A stretch of DNA of 64,000 bases from Ramazzottius varieornatus (Eukaryota > Animalia > Tardigrada): positions 664,827 through 728,826 of the forward strand of contig BDGG01000006.1 in the NCBI GenBank assembly GCA_001949185.1, written 5' to 3'. The notes beneath the pieces are model-generated. The model worked only from the letters and a program-made list of their open reading frames with translations. It was not told the origin of the DNA and searched no databases. A program made the position numbers and the translations under genes. Below, piece after piece: positions 50,791 to 64,000 of this stretch (positions are counted from its first letter, which is position 1; every line of letters starts with the position of its first letter).

Positions 50791-51093
50791 TGATACGCCA
50801 CTTGATTAGCGCAAGACACTGAATTAGGGCAGGAATGAACCAATCAATATCGACTACGTAGGTGGAGCCGAATCGACTGAACTCACTAATGTGATCGGTG
50901 CTTAATTCCCGAGTAAGACATATGGGCCGTTAATCGGATGCGCAGGAAACTCGCGTAAGAAATCAGCTGTTTCAAACCTAGGTACTGGAATCCTAACTCT
51001 TATGTCCGAGCGAGCAATACGCAGCGGATTATACCCATCGTCTACTTTCCGAACGGATGTGCAAGTCGATCACGGAAATTTGAACGTTTTCAA

Positions 51094-51856
51094 ATGTACA
51101 ATTCTTTTTCTATTACTTTCTGGCATCCTGAGATGGATTCTTCGGACGCTAGCCTAAACTTGTCTGTGGTGGACATCCCCATCGATGATTCCACCAAGCG
51201 CAGGCCTTTCACTCTGGAAGAAGAGATTGCTCTGTGCCACTTGATCGAGGAGAAGGAACCCATGTTCAAGAATGCCCCAGCAGGCTGCAGTTGGAAGGAC
51301 GGCCATGGACGCCACCAATGATTCTGAGCGCGACGGTTGTACCTACAAGGACCACTACCTGAAGCTGCTGCAGAAGTACGTGAAAAAGGACGTCAGAGAT
51401 CGATGGAGTAGTGGTGCGGCGGAACGAGTGACCGCGCTAAAAGCAATCTGGGCCAACCTTCAAGCTCTGCAGCACGATGCAGACATCGACGAAGCCCTGG
51501 CAGAAGACAAAGCTCAGCCGTCCACCTGTGCCAAACCTACTCCGACCCAAGCTGCGAAGAAGCACAGACTTCTCGCTGATAACGTGAAAGGCAAACTGAT
51601 TCGCGAGATAGCCATGAAGGTTTACGGCCAGAAGAAGAAAAGTGGAAAGGAAGACGGCGGATCCAGCTCAGCCGACAGCGACCGGAGTAGTGATCTGGAT
51701 TCTCCCCGTAAGAAGAAGAAGCTGAGCATCGAAGATGCCTTGATGTTGAGGTGGGAACGGGAGGATAAGTTCAAAACAAGAGAGTTGAAATTGAAAGAGC
51801 AGGAGCTGGACGTGCGTCGCAAAGAAGTTGACGTTCGTATGCTTGAACTAAACTAG
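51094..51856 (+). pseudogene. Myb/SANT-like accessory ORF of PIF/Harbinger element (frameshifted or intron-containing)
   Basis: RRPFTLEEEIALCHLI...W..., CKDHY-like TYKDHYLKLL and a basic/acidic coiled-coil tail. Lies next to the transposase. Confidence 0.65.
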
Positions 51857-52325
51857 GGTAAGAAGTTCACGCAAGATATCAGTTGATTGAGGTATGGTCT
51901 GATTCTGCTTTAACTGTACCTTTGTTACTGTACTCTTAACTGCACCGATTCAGACACGTTTTTGTTTCTGAACTGCGGCTTTAACTATGACTATCGAGAC
52001 TTTGTTGGCTTGATCGAATGTCAAACTTTAACTGCCCCTTTGACCGGTACAACCAACTGTGACTTCGAGACAGTCGTCCAGTCGATAACTGCGCTTGTAA
52101 CTGCAGCTTTAAAGAGAATTGGTCGCGTAGAAGGAAATGTGTCTTTAACTGTGGCTTTACATGCTTCACACGACTGCTCCTTTAACTGTGACTTTAAGCA
52201 TCCGTCACATTTTGTACTGCAGGATGAGATTGAGCGGGAAGCTATGTGAGTTGGTTGTATCTGCCTGATCGTTCCCTTGAAGCATCATCGCTTTATTCAG
52301 TCTGAAAGGTATCCGGGTTTTTAAG

Positions 52326-53300
52326 ATGGCTCGTGATCTTGTTTTGGCTGTGTCTTCAGGTGCGATATCGGAACTAGGGTTTCTTCTGCTGAACAGGCAC
52401 AGGAAGCGGCGGCAGACGAAGTGGAACGGTAACAGGTTCAAGCTTTCCCGATTCTCCGATGTTGACTGCATCGAAGTGTTCCGCTTCACCAGGTACGATA
52501 TTCGTCGCATCAGAAGCCTACTGCATTTTCCTCCAAAATTTAAGTTGTGGAATCGGATGGTTGTTCCATCGGAAGAAGTGTTGTGCTTGGTTCTGGCGCG
52601 ACTTTCCTACCCACGTTGGCTGACAGATCTGTGTCCTCTGTTCCTACGGCATCGTACTGTGCTGTCGAACATGTTTAATATTGGGGTGGATTTCATCCAT
52701 GCTCGGACTGCGAATCACCTGTCGTCTCTACAACAGCCATTCATTTCTCCACGACGGCTAGAACTATACGCTGCTAACGTCGACGAGGTTACGGACAGAC
52801 TCACTGGACCCATGAAAGTATGGGCATTCATAGACGGTACAACACGCCCAGTTTGTCGTCCCATTGAGAATCAAAGAATTGTGTACAATGGAAAGGATCG
52901 CGTTCACGCCTTGAAGTTCCAGGCTGTAACCACACCTGGTGGACTGATCATACACCTGGCTGGACCCATCGACGGTGCACGACATGACTCGAAAAAGTCA
53001 ACTTCTGGAACTGGTCGCGGAGAAGATGGCGGCGATTGGGCAAGTTTACAGGCTGTATGGTGATCCGGCTTATTCGTTGAGCGATCATCTGATTACGCCT
53101 TATCGAAACGCCGTAAGACGAAAGCACATCAAGTTCAATGAAATCTTGTCTCAAGTCAGAGTGGCTGTAGAGTGGTCGTTTGGTGAAGTGTTACTGTACT
53201 TTGCTTTTACGGACTTCTCTAAGAACCAAAAATGATGTTACAACCGGTAGCCAAATATTATATTGTTTCTGTCATGCTGACAAATATGCATACATGTGTG
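52326..53300 (+). mobile_element. PIF/Harbinger DDE transposase (HARBI1-like), frameshifted
   Basis: FRFTR; LARLSYP; AFIDGTTRPVCRP; YNGKDRVHALKFQ; GPIDGARHDS; then in the next frame LYGDPAY and FNEILSQVRVAVEWSFG. Confidence 0.92.
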
Positions 53301-56107
53301 TATCAGTCTCTCTGCGGGAAGACTTTCGACATCATGGCGCCAACTCGCGAGGATTAACTAGAAGGAATCCCACTACCCGAGGTATTCTACTTTCAATATT
53401 TGTTACTTCGGATTTGGCTGTTGTTACAACTGTACCTTTTCGATAGGTTATCTACTAACGAACACACTCGAACCTTGACTGCAACATCAACTGCTTCACC
53501 AACTGTAGCTGTGAATGTGGCTAATGCATATTCAACTGTTACTGTGACTGCTACTTAAACTGTGACTTTCGCACACTCTTTGCTTTAGCTTGCCACTGTA
53601 GTTTTCACTGCGACTTCAACTGCGGCTTTAGCAACTGGTTTATCAGCATGCCACTGTGGCTTTAACTGTGGCTTTGCCTGTCCCTGCAATATCCAGCAGT
53701 AAGCCTTTGCGTCGAATTCCTGAGACAGTCAGCCGTCCCTGTAACTGTATCTTCCGCCTACTCTATGCGTAACGAAAATTTCTGGTTACAGTAGACCCAG
53801 AATCTGAATTTAAAGTTTTAGCTTTATTGGACATCATAATACTGGACGGAAACAGATCAGAGGCTGACACTAGTCTATAAAACAACAATCACGGTCGCTG
53901 CAGCATAAACGGTTCCGCGGGAAAATCTGTAAGAACAAAGCAACGGTGACTACACGATAAGTTGGTTGAAGAAGAATAGAATTCTCACGCTGATTCATGA
54001 ATTCCAGAGCTCGGTCTTCAGGACACACGTTCCGAAATACTTTAGGGTTTCCGTTCCCCTTATGCTTAATGCGAGGCGGGTTTGCGCCTGCAGCTTGTGC
54101 TGCCTGGGCAAAGACTTGTCCAGCGTTGTAGCCGAAGGACAGATCTCTAGTCAGAATTGCTCAAAGGTGAGGCGCATCAGAAACCAATTTTTATTTGCTA
54201 AGAAAGTCGCAGTTAAAGACAAAAGGGAATTTAAACAATGGCGAAAGTTACAAATACAGTACTCGTTCTTGATAAATTCAGAGTTAACGTAGCAGTCTTG
54301 CTCCAGTTTTAGAAGCTAAGATTTACTCCCACAGTTACACGGAAATTGTCTTTACCTCTATAACTACCCAAGTCGCAGTTGAGCGTCTGGTTATTACCGC
54401 AGATGGAAATACAATTCAAAACTGCGCTTGAGCGTAAAAGACAGCCAAAAACGCAGTTGGTACTTCGTGGAGTCATTTTGTGATGAAGTCCTGTCCGATG
54501 TACGTCTCACAACAAAGGGCTGTGCCCCATGTACCCCGTGCCGCATCGCACTAAGGCGGCTTCGCCGCCTCCGTGCTCTGGATCTTGCAGTTCGGCCCTT
54601 TTGGACATCGAAGAACCCAAGAGGTTAATGATTTGTACTATATAGACATGTTTCTCGGTGTTTGTTGGACCACGTAATGGCACGTTTCATAACCGACGAA
54701 TATCGCTCGATGTTCGTCCGTATCGCGTGATTTTCCGGTTGGGTGCTGTGCGAGGCTTTTTGTCGGAATCACGGCTTGCTTTGCGTGATCTGAATACTTG
54801 ACCGGTTTTAGTAATTATCACGTTACGCCATGGTCGGACTGGTCCGGGAGGGTGCGCGTTGGATTCAGAGTCAAAGTTACCCCGGACGGCTCATTTTTGT
54901 GTGGTTCGGTGGAATTTCAGGTTTTATCCGTTTTGCTCACGTGATGCTTGATATTCCTGTCCAGGAGCATTTTCATCCCTGAACGTGTATGGCACATTCG
55001 GACGACCGTGTCGAGATCAATAGGATAGTGATATCATTACGACGTTACCTCATATTGATTTTGTTCCCGTCCAACTCATTTATCGACTAACCAAAGTTTC
55101 GAACGAGTTTCTTGGCGCTGGGGTTGCACACGCGCAATGCACTGCAGTCTCCGAGATGCGGACCGCTTGGACGATAAGTTTGTTCTAATATTTGTTTCAA
55201 AGTCTCATTCTACAGTATCTCATTCTTTCTCGCATCGCAGAATCTCGTCAGCGATGTGAGAAAATCTGAAACATCAAATCCAATCGAACAAATGCAACGG
55301 GTAGATTTGAATAATAGAAGGTCCAGAAGCGCTCAGCGTATATCGTCGAATCGGACAATGAAATAAGAGAGAGTCTGAAGGATGGAAGTTGGCGCTCGAC
55401 ACCATCTCACGGTCCAGTTCGGTCGTCAGGGACTAAGATTACAAGGAAAACGTTGTAAACCCGCGTGAATTCGTAAAGATATTCGCAGAAGTAGGCCTCT
55501 CGATAGCACAGTACGACCTCACCAACCCTTCATCCACACGTTCCGTGCAACTTTTGAAGCTGCTTCGACTGAGTTATAATACTTCCTATTGTATTGAGAA
55601 ATAGCTCGAAAAGGTTGAGCAATATGACTTCCGCAGCAGGTAAAATGCCGTCTGCTAAAATTTCCCATTGGAGTTTTCATCCCCAAACTGACGCAAACAG
55701 ACATACAACTGTGTTGGTGGTCACAAAGAATCAAGAAAGAGCAGGAAAGTTCCGAACAAACTTGCCAAACGAATTATCCAGCAATCCGTTGGGCAAGTAT
55801 TATCTAACGAATTACTTGGAGGTATCAAATAGAATGTCAGACCATGACAAAATGATTTCGAAGTGGAACTCGAGTCGAGTCGAGACAGCCTTGATTCAAT
55901 GAGTGGTAGCGAATTGGCTTGGGCGGGCTGTAATCTGAGTAAGCGGACGATTGGATTGCTGTCAGCGTGATATTCGTTCTTCATGCATAGTTACAGGTTT
56001 AGCTTGATTAATTGTCAACATTTTAACAACTCCGTTGATGGTCGAAGGCTGCTGCTGAAATGTATTACCGTATGACGAAAAACCATGAGCAAAAGAAACA
56101 GAGAATA

Positions 56108-56590
56108 CCATTGCGGTCACGAACGTGAGGACATGGCAAATCAGTCAATCGAAACGAAGGCGGAGTTGGGCAGTATATCAATCAAAAGATTGGATCAGCT
56201 TTATTGGTCTGCTGACTGCCCGCAGGCCAGTTACGAGCTTTACGGCAGTGGGCAAGATATCGCAGGGTGTCCTCAAAATGGTCCGAAGTCTTCCGTGGAG
56301 GTCCTTTCTCCTTGGCGACGTTACCACTCAGACGTCGACGCTCCAGGAGATGAAATGCCTTCTCTCGAGCATGTCCGAAGTAACAGAGGTAGCTACGGAC
56401 ATGACAGAAGAGATCACAGGAACTAAAAAGTCAGGAAGACTCCCGGTATCACAAAGGAACACCTGTTACGCCTGAAACAGCTGACTAAACCGGAAACGTT
56501 GATCAAGGCTTTTGATTGCCGTGACGTCACGTCTCACAGTTAGTTTTGATTGACTGATTTGCCATGTCCTCACGTTCGTGACCGCAATGG
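56108..56590. mobile_element. TA-flanked MITE (CCATTG TIR family)
   Basis: Near-perfect ~43-bp TIR CCATTGCGGTCACGAACGTGAGGACATGGCAAATCAGTCAATC with TA on both sides. Confidence 0.9.
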
Positions 56591-56853
56591 TACATCCTAC
56601 ATGGCGGTTATCAACATGATAAAAGCTGTGCGAAAGCTAGCGGACAAGTCAGTCGGCTCTTCGTAAGGGAACGATATCTTCGACTGTCAGATCAACTCAC
56701 ACCCGAATTTTTCACATGGAAGAAAGCTGAAAGCAGGCTCATGAAAGAAAAACAAGCAGTTTTACAAAGTTCGAGCACCCAAGTTTTGCAGCAGGCAACA
56801 GTACCGTTCTGTCCAGCGGGCGGCGGCTGCTGATCCGACCTGTGAAGCCAAAA

Positions 56854-59725
56854 TTAGAAATGAATCTGAACGCGGTGCTTCGCGTCTGATTTCTGTTCGC
56901 TTTTTGGAAGTGCCTGGTCGAGAGGTAGATCAGGTAGCAGGCTTTCTACGGAACCACCACGCGGCCATATCGCCATGCAGAGAACGAATATCATTGAGCC
57001 AAGGTATTCCACTCTCGTCCTGTTCGGGCGAGGTTGAAAATCATCTTCCTGAAGCCGTGTGGTTTCGGCATTCTCGAGTTCTGAGCTGCACGAAGCCGTT
57101 CCGGTTTCATTCTGGAACCTTACTGTAGTGTCTTCATGCCTAAGCATGTGCTGGAGCATCATTCTGTATAAACGGCAATCGCGATCTAATCCACCGCCGC
57201 TCGTCGCGAAACTCTGTTGCAGTACAAATGCCTTCATCTTTCCGTAGAGGCCTTGATACCCATCCTCCACCGCTGAATCCAGGTGATAGCCGTGCATCAC
57301 GACACTCGCCATGCAGATATATTGGTAAGCATGGATGTCGAGGTATTCAAAAGTTTTCGTCGTGGTATTAAACCTGGTTCTCTCGGTTACCGTCGGTGTC
57401 AGTCTCCTTTGCAAAAACTCAATCATTTCGGGATAAGTAGACGAACGAGAGTCTGTTTTCTTATCGACCATCTTGACGCACCGGGACAGCAGATATACCA
57501 TGTCGGCGTATAAAGTGTTTGTGGGACTATAGTCAGTGTTGTTTTCGAGCCAATTCCGTGCAAACTCCGCAATCTTCCTGTGTATATTGGTGATATTGTA
57601 GTCTAAGTCACGCCGATTGAGGTAAGGTCTCCAGTCTTCGTCTCGTCCAACTGAGCTGAGGGCGTTGAAACGTTTGCGAAGTCCATCGTTCAAGCCAACG
57701 GCCGGCTCAGACGACGCGGCATCCCTGGCTTCGGTGGCCTGAACTGGGTTGTTTCCTCCCACTTTTGGTCTAAAAGTTAGCGGACGTCGTCTTTCACGAG
57801 CCTTGACCAGGGTCTTTTCAAACAGTTCATCATTGATGTCCGGCTCGCAGGCTAAATCGTAATCGAAGAAGGCGTCGGGCTTGTCATTTGTGACAGTACT
57901 TTCCGAAAGGAATGGATCGGTTTCATCGGAACTGTTGTCGGAGCCACCAAATGATGCTTCAGCGATTTCGTGTATGGTTTTCCGCCATTCGGAGCGTAAC
58001 TGACTTCTGAAACGGGAATTTAGATAGCGACGGATACGTCGCTTACGAGATCCTGTGCAGCAGAAAGTCAGCAGTCCAATCACGACCATCGTCGCTCCGT
58101 AAAACAGATCCTTTAATGCTGGCTCCCATAGTGTTTGCACTGGCGCTGGCGCTGCTACTGTGGATCGATGAAGCTTTAGACCAATACTGGCATCTATGGC
58201 GCAAAGGTTAGTCTTGCTAGATTTTGAGTACCTGTTTCGGGCTTGTTGCAGCCATACAGAGAGTTTATCTTTTCGAAATCTCCGGGAGTAGTGGCTCGGT
58301 CAACTCTTATTGTACAGTGTCCTCTCGGTAAAAAGGTCGGTTTGTCCGGGTCCATAGCGGTCTCGTTCCACGCGTAATGCTAGATAGTACCATAAGGTAG
58401 GAACGAGACTTTGCGGAAAGTACTCAGAAATAGTGAAGGTGTATTCAAAAATTTCCAGCTAATTCGGCGCTTTGACCATGGCCAACTTCTTTGTAGCCAA
58501 CTAATTTAGCTCGGTTTAGACAACTGGGTTTTCAGTTGACTAAATGAAGTCTTCACTAATATACCTGATTTAGTTATTTCTAGCTGGTATTTAAAGCGCT
58601 AAATTAGCTGGGCCGATTTTCAGCTTTCCCATCAGCAACCTTCTAACACAAGGAACATGGATGATACGTGAATGAGATATTACCATTATGGAATTACAGT
58701 CGTATGGCCATGGGGGATTATAATGGCTTTTGATCTTGAACTGACTCCACATGACTACAAACAGAACAAGGTTTGTTAGTGTACGCGGTATTGCTGTGAA
58801 CAACACTATGCATGCCTTCTGGTATGTTGTCCCACTGGATCTCAACATGTTCATCCCGGTCGCTTCGTTGATGCTCATGATCGACTCCCAACGAATGAAT
58901 AATTTCGTGAATGATAGTGTCCTCGTCCATACAGTCTAGCCCAAGATGGATTTTGTTCACAACACCCATTTCCATTCTCCCAACGTCCGAATAGCAACTA
59001 CAGGTATGCTGAGCAAGATGATGATATTGCCGCGCAGGGTATAGTGCGCGCTGAAGGTGTACTTCAGCCGATTACTCTTACTTGTAGTTTCCTTTGAGAC
59101 GACTGAAATAAACATATTGTTGGTTGTCCGGATCACCATAAATGAACTTCACGCAGGTTTCATTCATTATCCGTTGTATGGCTTTCTTGATTTTGGCCTT
59201 CTCCGTACGGTTATCTGTAATAAAGGTATCGAGATACGGCTTTTCTACAACGAACGACTGCGAGGCTGGGCGATGTCATTTCTACTAACAAGGCTGTCGC
59301 GGAGATAGTCAGTTGCACAGCTGCTGTGAACTGGACTAAAACATTTGCAATGAAACTTACTGAAAGCAGAACTAAACCGATAGTAGACAATCGCACCTTC
59401 CCAGAGAACGATTGTAGCCTACAAAACCGAATATAAGTGGCTGCTACAGCGTGGAGAGACGCAGGAGTTGTACAAATGCGGATTTCGGTGAAATCAGGAA
59501 TAAAAGCTCAAAGCCGCCAAAACGTTCTACCTACAGTACATTGTCATCAGACGTAACATAGTCGGCTACTTGCTGGTCGTTCCATGGTAGACCAACTGTC
59601 TGCGAATCAAACCACGCCACCGACAATCCAAAGATGAGGTACAATTCAATCAAACAGGCAGACAGGCGTTGTCGCTTTAATTTCACAGAATTCGGTAGCC
59701 GCAGTCTGGACAGGCGTGGACACAT
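56854..59725 (-). CDS. Astacin (M12A) metalloprotease predicted to be fused to a TM helix and a large unknown cytoplasmic domain
   Basis: LWEGAIVYY; IKKAIQRIMNETCVKF; CYSDVGR; HEIIHSLGVDHEHQRSDRD; Met-turn SIM|HY; FEKINSLYGC. A 74-nt GT-AG intron (58231-58158) joins this in frame to ORF 56854..58140. The astacin call is strong; the start and the fusion are predicted. Confidence 0.78.
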
Positions 59726-60731
59726 GATACCCAGACTGTCGTAGTTGTAGAAGGTGAGAGGCCAGCGCCGTGTTCCTGACAGCTTAACCTCCCATTATGC
59801 TCGACCAAATGGTAGGATACGTAGTTGCAGCCAGCTGTTTTTTCAGCAAAACTGTTTATCAGGACTGTCTGATAATTCAACCGACAATACGCAGAGATCT
59901 CCGTGGTTTATACGGAACACTCTAGGGTTATTCGGATAGCAGCTTCAGTTAACAAAAGCTTAACAAGAAAGAAAACCTCTCTTCCCGAGTTTGCTCTAGC
60001 GGGCTCGCGATGGCTTTAGTCACATTAGTCGAAACGTTGCGAGTTGACTAAAAACGATCGTGTTCGTACATCGCACGGTTACCAGACGTTGGTGACTGTT
60101 CCTCATAAACGATGTTCTTTTCGCTGACTCAACCGTGTTTTCAAGCTGGTACGCCCGAAGGCCCTAGGTTTGAACGCGAAGCCGGAGCTGATCAGCATCA
60201 GGCAAAAACGATCTTGGATTCTTTCGACTGTATTCTGTGAATGAATCAGCAGGCGACTGATACTGTTCTTTTTTGATACACAAGTGGCCATGACTAATAC
60301 GGCGAAAGTAAAGGAAAAACGCAGTGCAGCAGGCCTGATGACAAAGAAACCAGAGACGGAGAGCAAAGAACGAGAAGGAAATCTGAAGGACGAGAAGAGC
60401 GGAACGTCCGACGACGCGAGTGGTACCAAGTTGACAACCACAATTCAGGGGACGCTTCCGATGAGGCCGGTAACACTGATCAAGATAATGAAAGTGATGC
60501 CGACAACAACGACACCAAACGCCAAACTGAATGCTGCGACAAGGACAAAGACGATATTCCCAGAGGAAACTTGCAAATGACTTCAGTCCGGCCGAGATGT
60601 ACCAGAGTACCCGCAACACGTATCGGCGGACTCCTTTCGATTCCCGGACCTTCGACAGAGCTCATGAATATGCAAGTACATATGGTACGACTGACGATAT
60701 CTTGAGCAGTAGTTTGTAATTCTTCAAGGTA

Positions 60732-61538
60732 CACTGAGCCACATAATTATCTGTCCACCCCTAGTTTTGTTCAAAAATTCATCACTTATTTTGACTAACC
60801 CAATTTTGATATTTAGAACGTATTTATAGAGATCAGTGTTTGATCTTTACGACCACGTGACTACCGTATGAATCAATCAGCAAATCAACTGGCAGTATCA
60901 TTCCTACAAACACCTAAAACTGCCCTGTTTTCGGCTCCGAGTTGCGGGTGCTAGCCAGCAGATAGCACATCCTGCTTGTTACTATTATGTAGCCCCAACA
61001 GTAAGCTTTCAAGTAAGCCCATGTGAGAAATTTTGCAGATATGCAGAAGAAGCTCTGTCGTCGTGTCAACCAGGAAGTATTCTCGGTTATTTTCTGTGGT
61101 GCATATTCACGACGCCTCGTCTTCCACATCCTTGCTGCCAAGCTACGTTTAAATGGTGACACGTTTCTTAAAGATAATCAGGCTTTGTAGTTTGAGTCAT
61201 TCGGTCAGTCGAAACGGAAGATATCGAAAGGTAACCATGAGATAGCGCGTTCCGAAAACAAGTCAGTTTTGTGCTATCTGCTGGCTAGCACCCGCCGGAT
61301 GTGCTATCTGCTGGCTAGCACCCGCAACTCGGAGCCGAAAACAGGGCAGTTTTAGGTGTTTGTAGGAATGATACTGCCAGTTGATTTGCTGATTGGTTCA
61401 CACGGAAGTCACGTTGTCGTAAAGATCAAGCACTGATCTCTATAAAGACGTTCTAAAGATGAAAATCGGGTTAGTGCAAAATAAGTTATGAAGTTTTGAA
61501 CGAAGATGGGGGTGGACGGATGAATATTGGACTCAGGG
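60732..61538. mobile_element. TA-flanked foldback element with ~240-bp inverted arms
   Basis: 60732-60972 is the reverse complement of ~61297-61538. TA on both flanks. An internal tandem duplication of TGTGCTATCTGCTGGCTAGCACCCGC is at 61270-61326. Confidence 0.88.
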
Positions 61539-64000
61539 TATCCTCTGACAAGGGAACGGTTTCTGAGATAAACTAAAATCTTTGAATTTTGCTCTTTTAA
61601 AGGACACATCAGACCCTTTTGCAACTTCCATCAGGCAGAAGACCCGGCGGAATATCACTCTTTACCCTTGGAGAATTCCGAGATGAACGGCGTCCACTGT
61701 ATCCATTACAACAGCCTTCTTCCCAGTCACGGGCGCACGTCCCCCTGATAACCAGGTCTGACCACAGAGAAGACTGCCGACAACGGGACTGTTCCAGAAA
61801 AACCTCAGGAAGCTTCTGCTGTTTCAAATCGACAAAAAAGACATTACGGGCTTACAAAGATAGATCACGCCGCTGGTGGAATTACAACGCTGGTGTAATT
61901 TGCTATACGCACATCCTTACGATTGGCCTATTCATTCCACCAGACATTACACTTTCGGTGTAATTACGAGTCGCTCCGGAACGACTCGTAATTAGACAAG
62001 ACTTGACCAACATCCCGAGTGCGCTGTGCTCCCCTCCAAACTATCAAATGTCACTTCCATGACGAAGTTTCTCGCTACTCGTCCTACTGGTGAGTGCATG
62101 GTGGTTCCTCCTACATCAAAGATCTCATAATCCTCCAATCGTACTCACCTACAGTGCGGGGACTTCAAAGCGAGCCGGTACACCGCTTTCCTAACTGGTC
62201 AACAAACATTTCTAGGCGTATCCATCAAAGTAGCTGGTGTAATTATACCACGAAGCCAGCTTAGTCTTTGTAATCCCTTTTTTTGAATTTTTTCCGAACT
62301 CTCGTGGTGAGGTCTGTACCGCCGAACAATAGTATCATCGGCAATTTCTAGAAAACTTCGACATACGTTGGGGGTTCAATAAGTTTTAGAGCTGTGTTCA
62401 CCAGAAAATTGCAGTTTTTCGCAAGAGGTGAAAGCAACTTATGAGCATTACGGCAGAGTTAGAGGCGAGGTTGAAAAGTCATTCGCTGAAAACAGGTTTG
62501 TAAAATACAAGGGAGGTTTCTGGAGTGCTTAACGGTCTTGAAGAAATGTAAGTTTGAGTTTGACTTCAGCACTGGATAGAAGAGGTAAGTCTGGTGGCTG
62601 GTCTGGGCAAAATGAAGTCAAACCTGACGGCTGTCAAGGCTCGAAGAAAATCTCAGTTCTACACGAAATCACAGTGCGCAATAAAACGGGGTGAAACTAG
62701 CTGCGCTATCGATCACCAGCCGGATTTTTGAAATTTTTCTGTTTTCTCCTCCGCGTTCCATTTAGAACAAGAGTTCGCCTTTACTCTATATTCCCTTCAG
62801 ACTTTGATTGTCGGAGCCATACCTAGACTAAGGCCGGGAATGCCGCGAACATTCCTACCCATACGAGTCCAGAATTGCAGTAGAGGGAAAATCCCGCCCA
62901 AACATTAACCCCCGGGAACGTCCGCCTGGGAAGACCGAAATCGCTAATCGCGGTGGGAATTACAATTGATACCAGTAATAAGCATAAAAATATAAGGCCG
63001 AACATAAGTGTATCCACCGACTTCCAGTTCTCGAGAATGTCTTTCTGATACAGCGGTAGTGTTTTCTAGCGTGACTAGAATTTTTCCGTTTTCGTACTGA
63101 TTCATGTTGGGTCGCGTGGCACTCTGGACCCTCGGTCTATAAGGGCGTACTTCTTCCTTAATTGTTGATTCTAACTACGCAGTCCGAGCGTGCTCGAGAC
63201 ACCGTACGACATGACAGATACCACAGCTCAGTTTTTCCGCAAACACATTACGTCAGTTACCACGCTCTCACTACGCTTTAGGCATCAGGTTGTATATACG
63301 TTCATACGCTTCTTCTAATGCTTTCATTGCTCTGTACACGCGCGATGGGTAATTAAAAGACAGTAAAGTTTATGGGACAGGCGGAAAGGACGGTAAAATG
63401 GAACTTCAACCGTGGAAAGTGGTGAAAAGTACATTAGTATATTAGATGTATTGGAAATGCTGTTCAATAAGACGATCAATGATCGGAACAACAACCAAAG
63501 CGGTTACATAGTCGCTATCCTTGCATGTTCCAGTCCTCATCAAAACCAGGTGCGTAAATTGCGGCACGCATCATTTTTCTTTCGGATCGTGTGAGTGATC
63601 AGTCAAGTAATTCTCTCTGTTTTGTCGTGCTTTTCCCATGTCGCCGAAAGTAAGTACTGAACGTATTTTGAATTTTTTTAAAGTCAGAAATTTAGAAAAT
63701 TTCGCCGGCATCCTTTCTCTATTTGCAGTTCGAGTGATACTGGAAGTGCTCCTTCTTTTGTTTCAGAAGTCGCCAGATTCTGAAATAATCTACCTTTATC
63801 CTTTCACTTTTTTTGGCTGAATGTAACTATGGGATGATCCTGTGGAATTTTTAGCCTGTGTTTTAATTACGTTCTCGTATACCGTAATTTGAAAAGACTG
63901 ATTCAATAAATAACTCAAATAATTAATAGATTTAGGAATTAAATAATTACGTTCCCAGGCCAAGTCAGACCCCCAGCACACCCTTGGTCGAAGCGCTAAA

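Noticed and set aside
52326-53300. Domesticated HARBI1 gene
   Set aside because: Frameshifted, intronless and paired with a Myb-like ORF, as expected for a decayed transposon.
54630-55984. Possible spliced gene including ORF 55594..55902
   Set aside because: Could not assemble a frame-consistent model or recognise a product.
59211-59396. Signal-peptide-like ORF MRLSTIGLVLL as the astacin N-terminus
   Set aside because: GTG start and mostly intronic. The overlapping frame encodes the expected astacin LWEGAIVYY motif.
60103-60734. Charged low-complexity ORFs
   Set aside because: Short, interrupted and without a domain signal; possibly a TE remnant but unsupported.

Overview
Gene-dense eukaryotic (invertebrate animal) genomic DNA with short GT-AG introns and one 320-nt assembly gap. 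The compact introns and repeated natriuretic-peptide-receptor-like ectodomain genes suggest a tardigrade-like genome; this is inference only. Recognisable conserved genes are PPT2, stomatin/MEC-2, JIP3/4 (UNC-16/Sunday driver), LRRC20 and MLH1. Between them lie three ANF-receptor-type single-pass receptors that lack kinase and cyclase domains and share a cytoplasmic WWLL motif, a four-repeat protein ending in a CaaX box, and an intronless, bacterial-looking tri-LysM pseudogene split by a TIR element. There is also a degenerate PIF/Harbinger transposon, a GH16-like relic, Ly6/quiver-like fragments and many MITEs. The most striking candidate novelty is an astacin metalloprotease that appears to splice in frame to a transmembrane helix and a ~390-aa intracellular domain I do not recognise. 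Exon structures were worked out by eye and internal boundaries are approximate.
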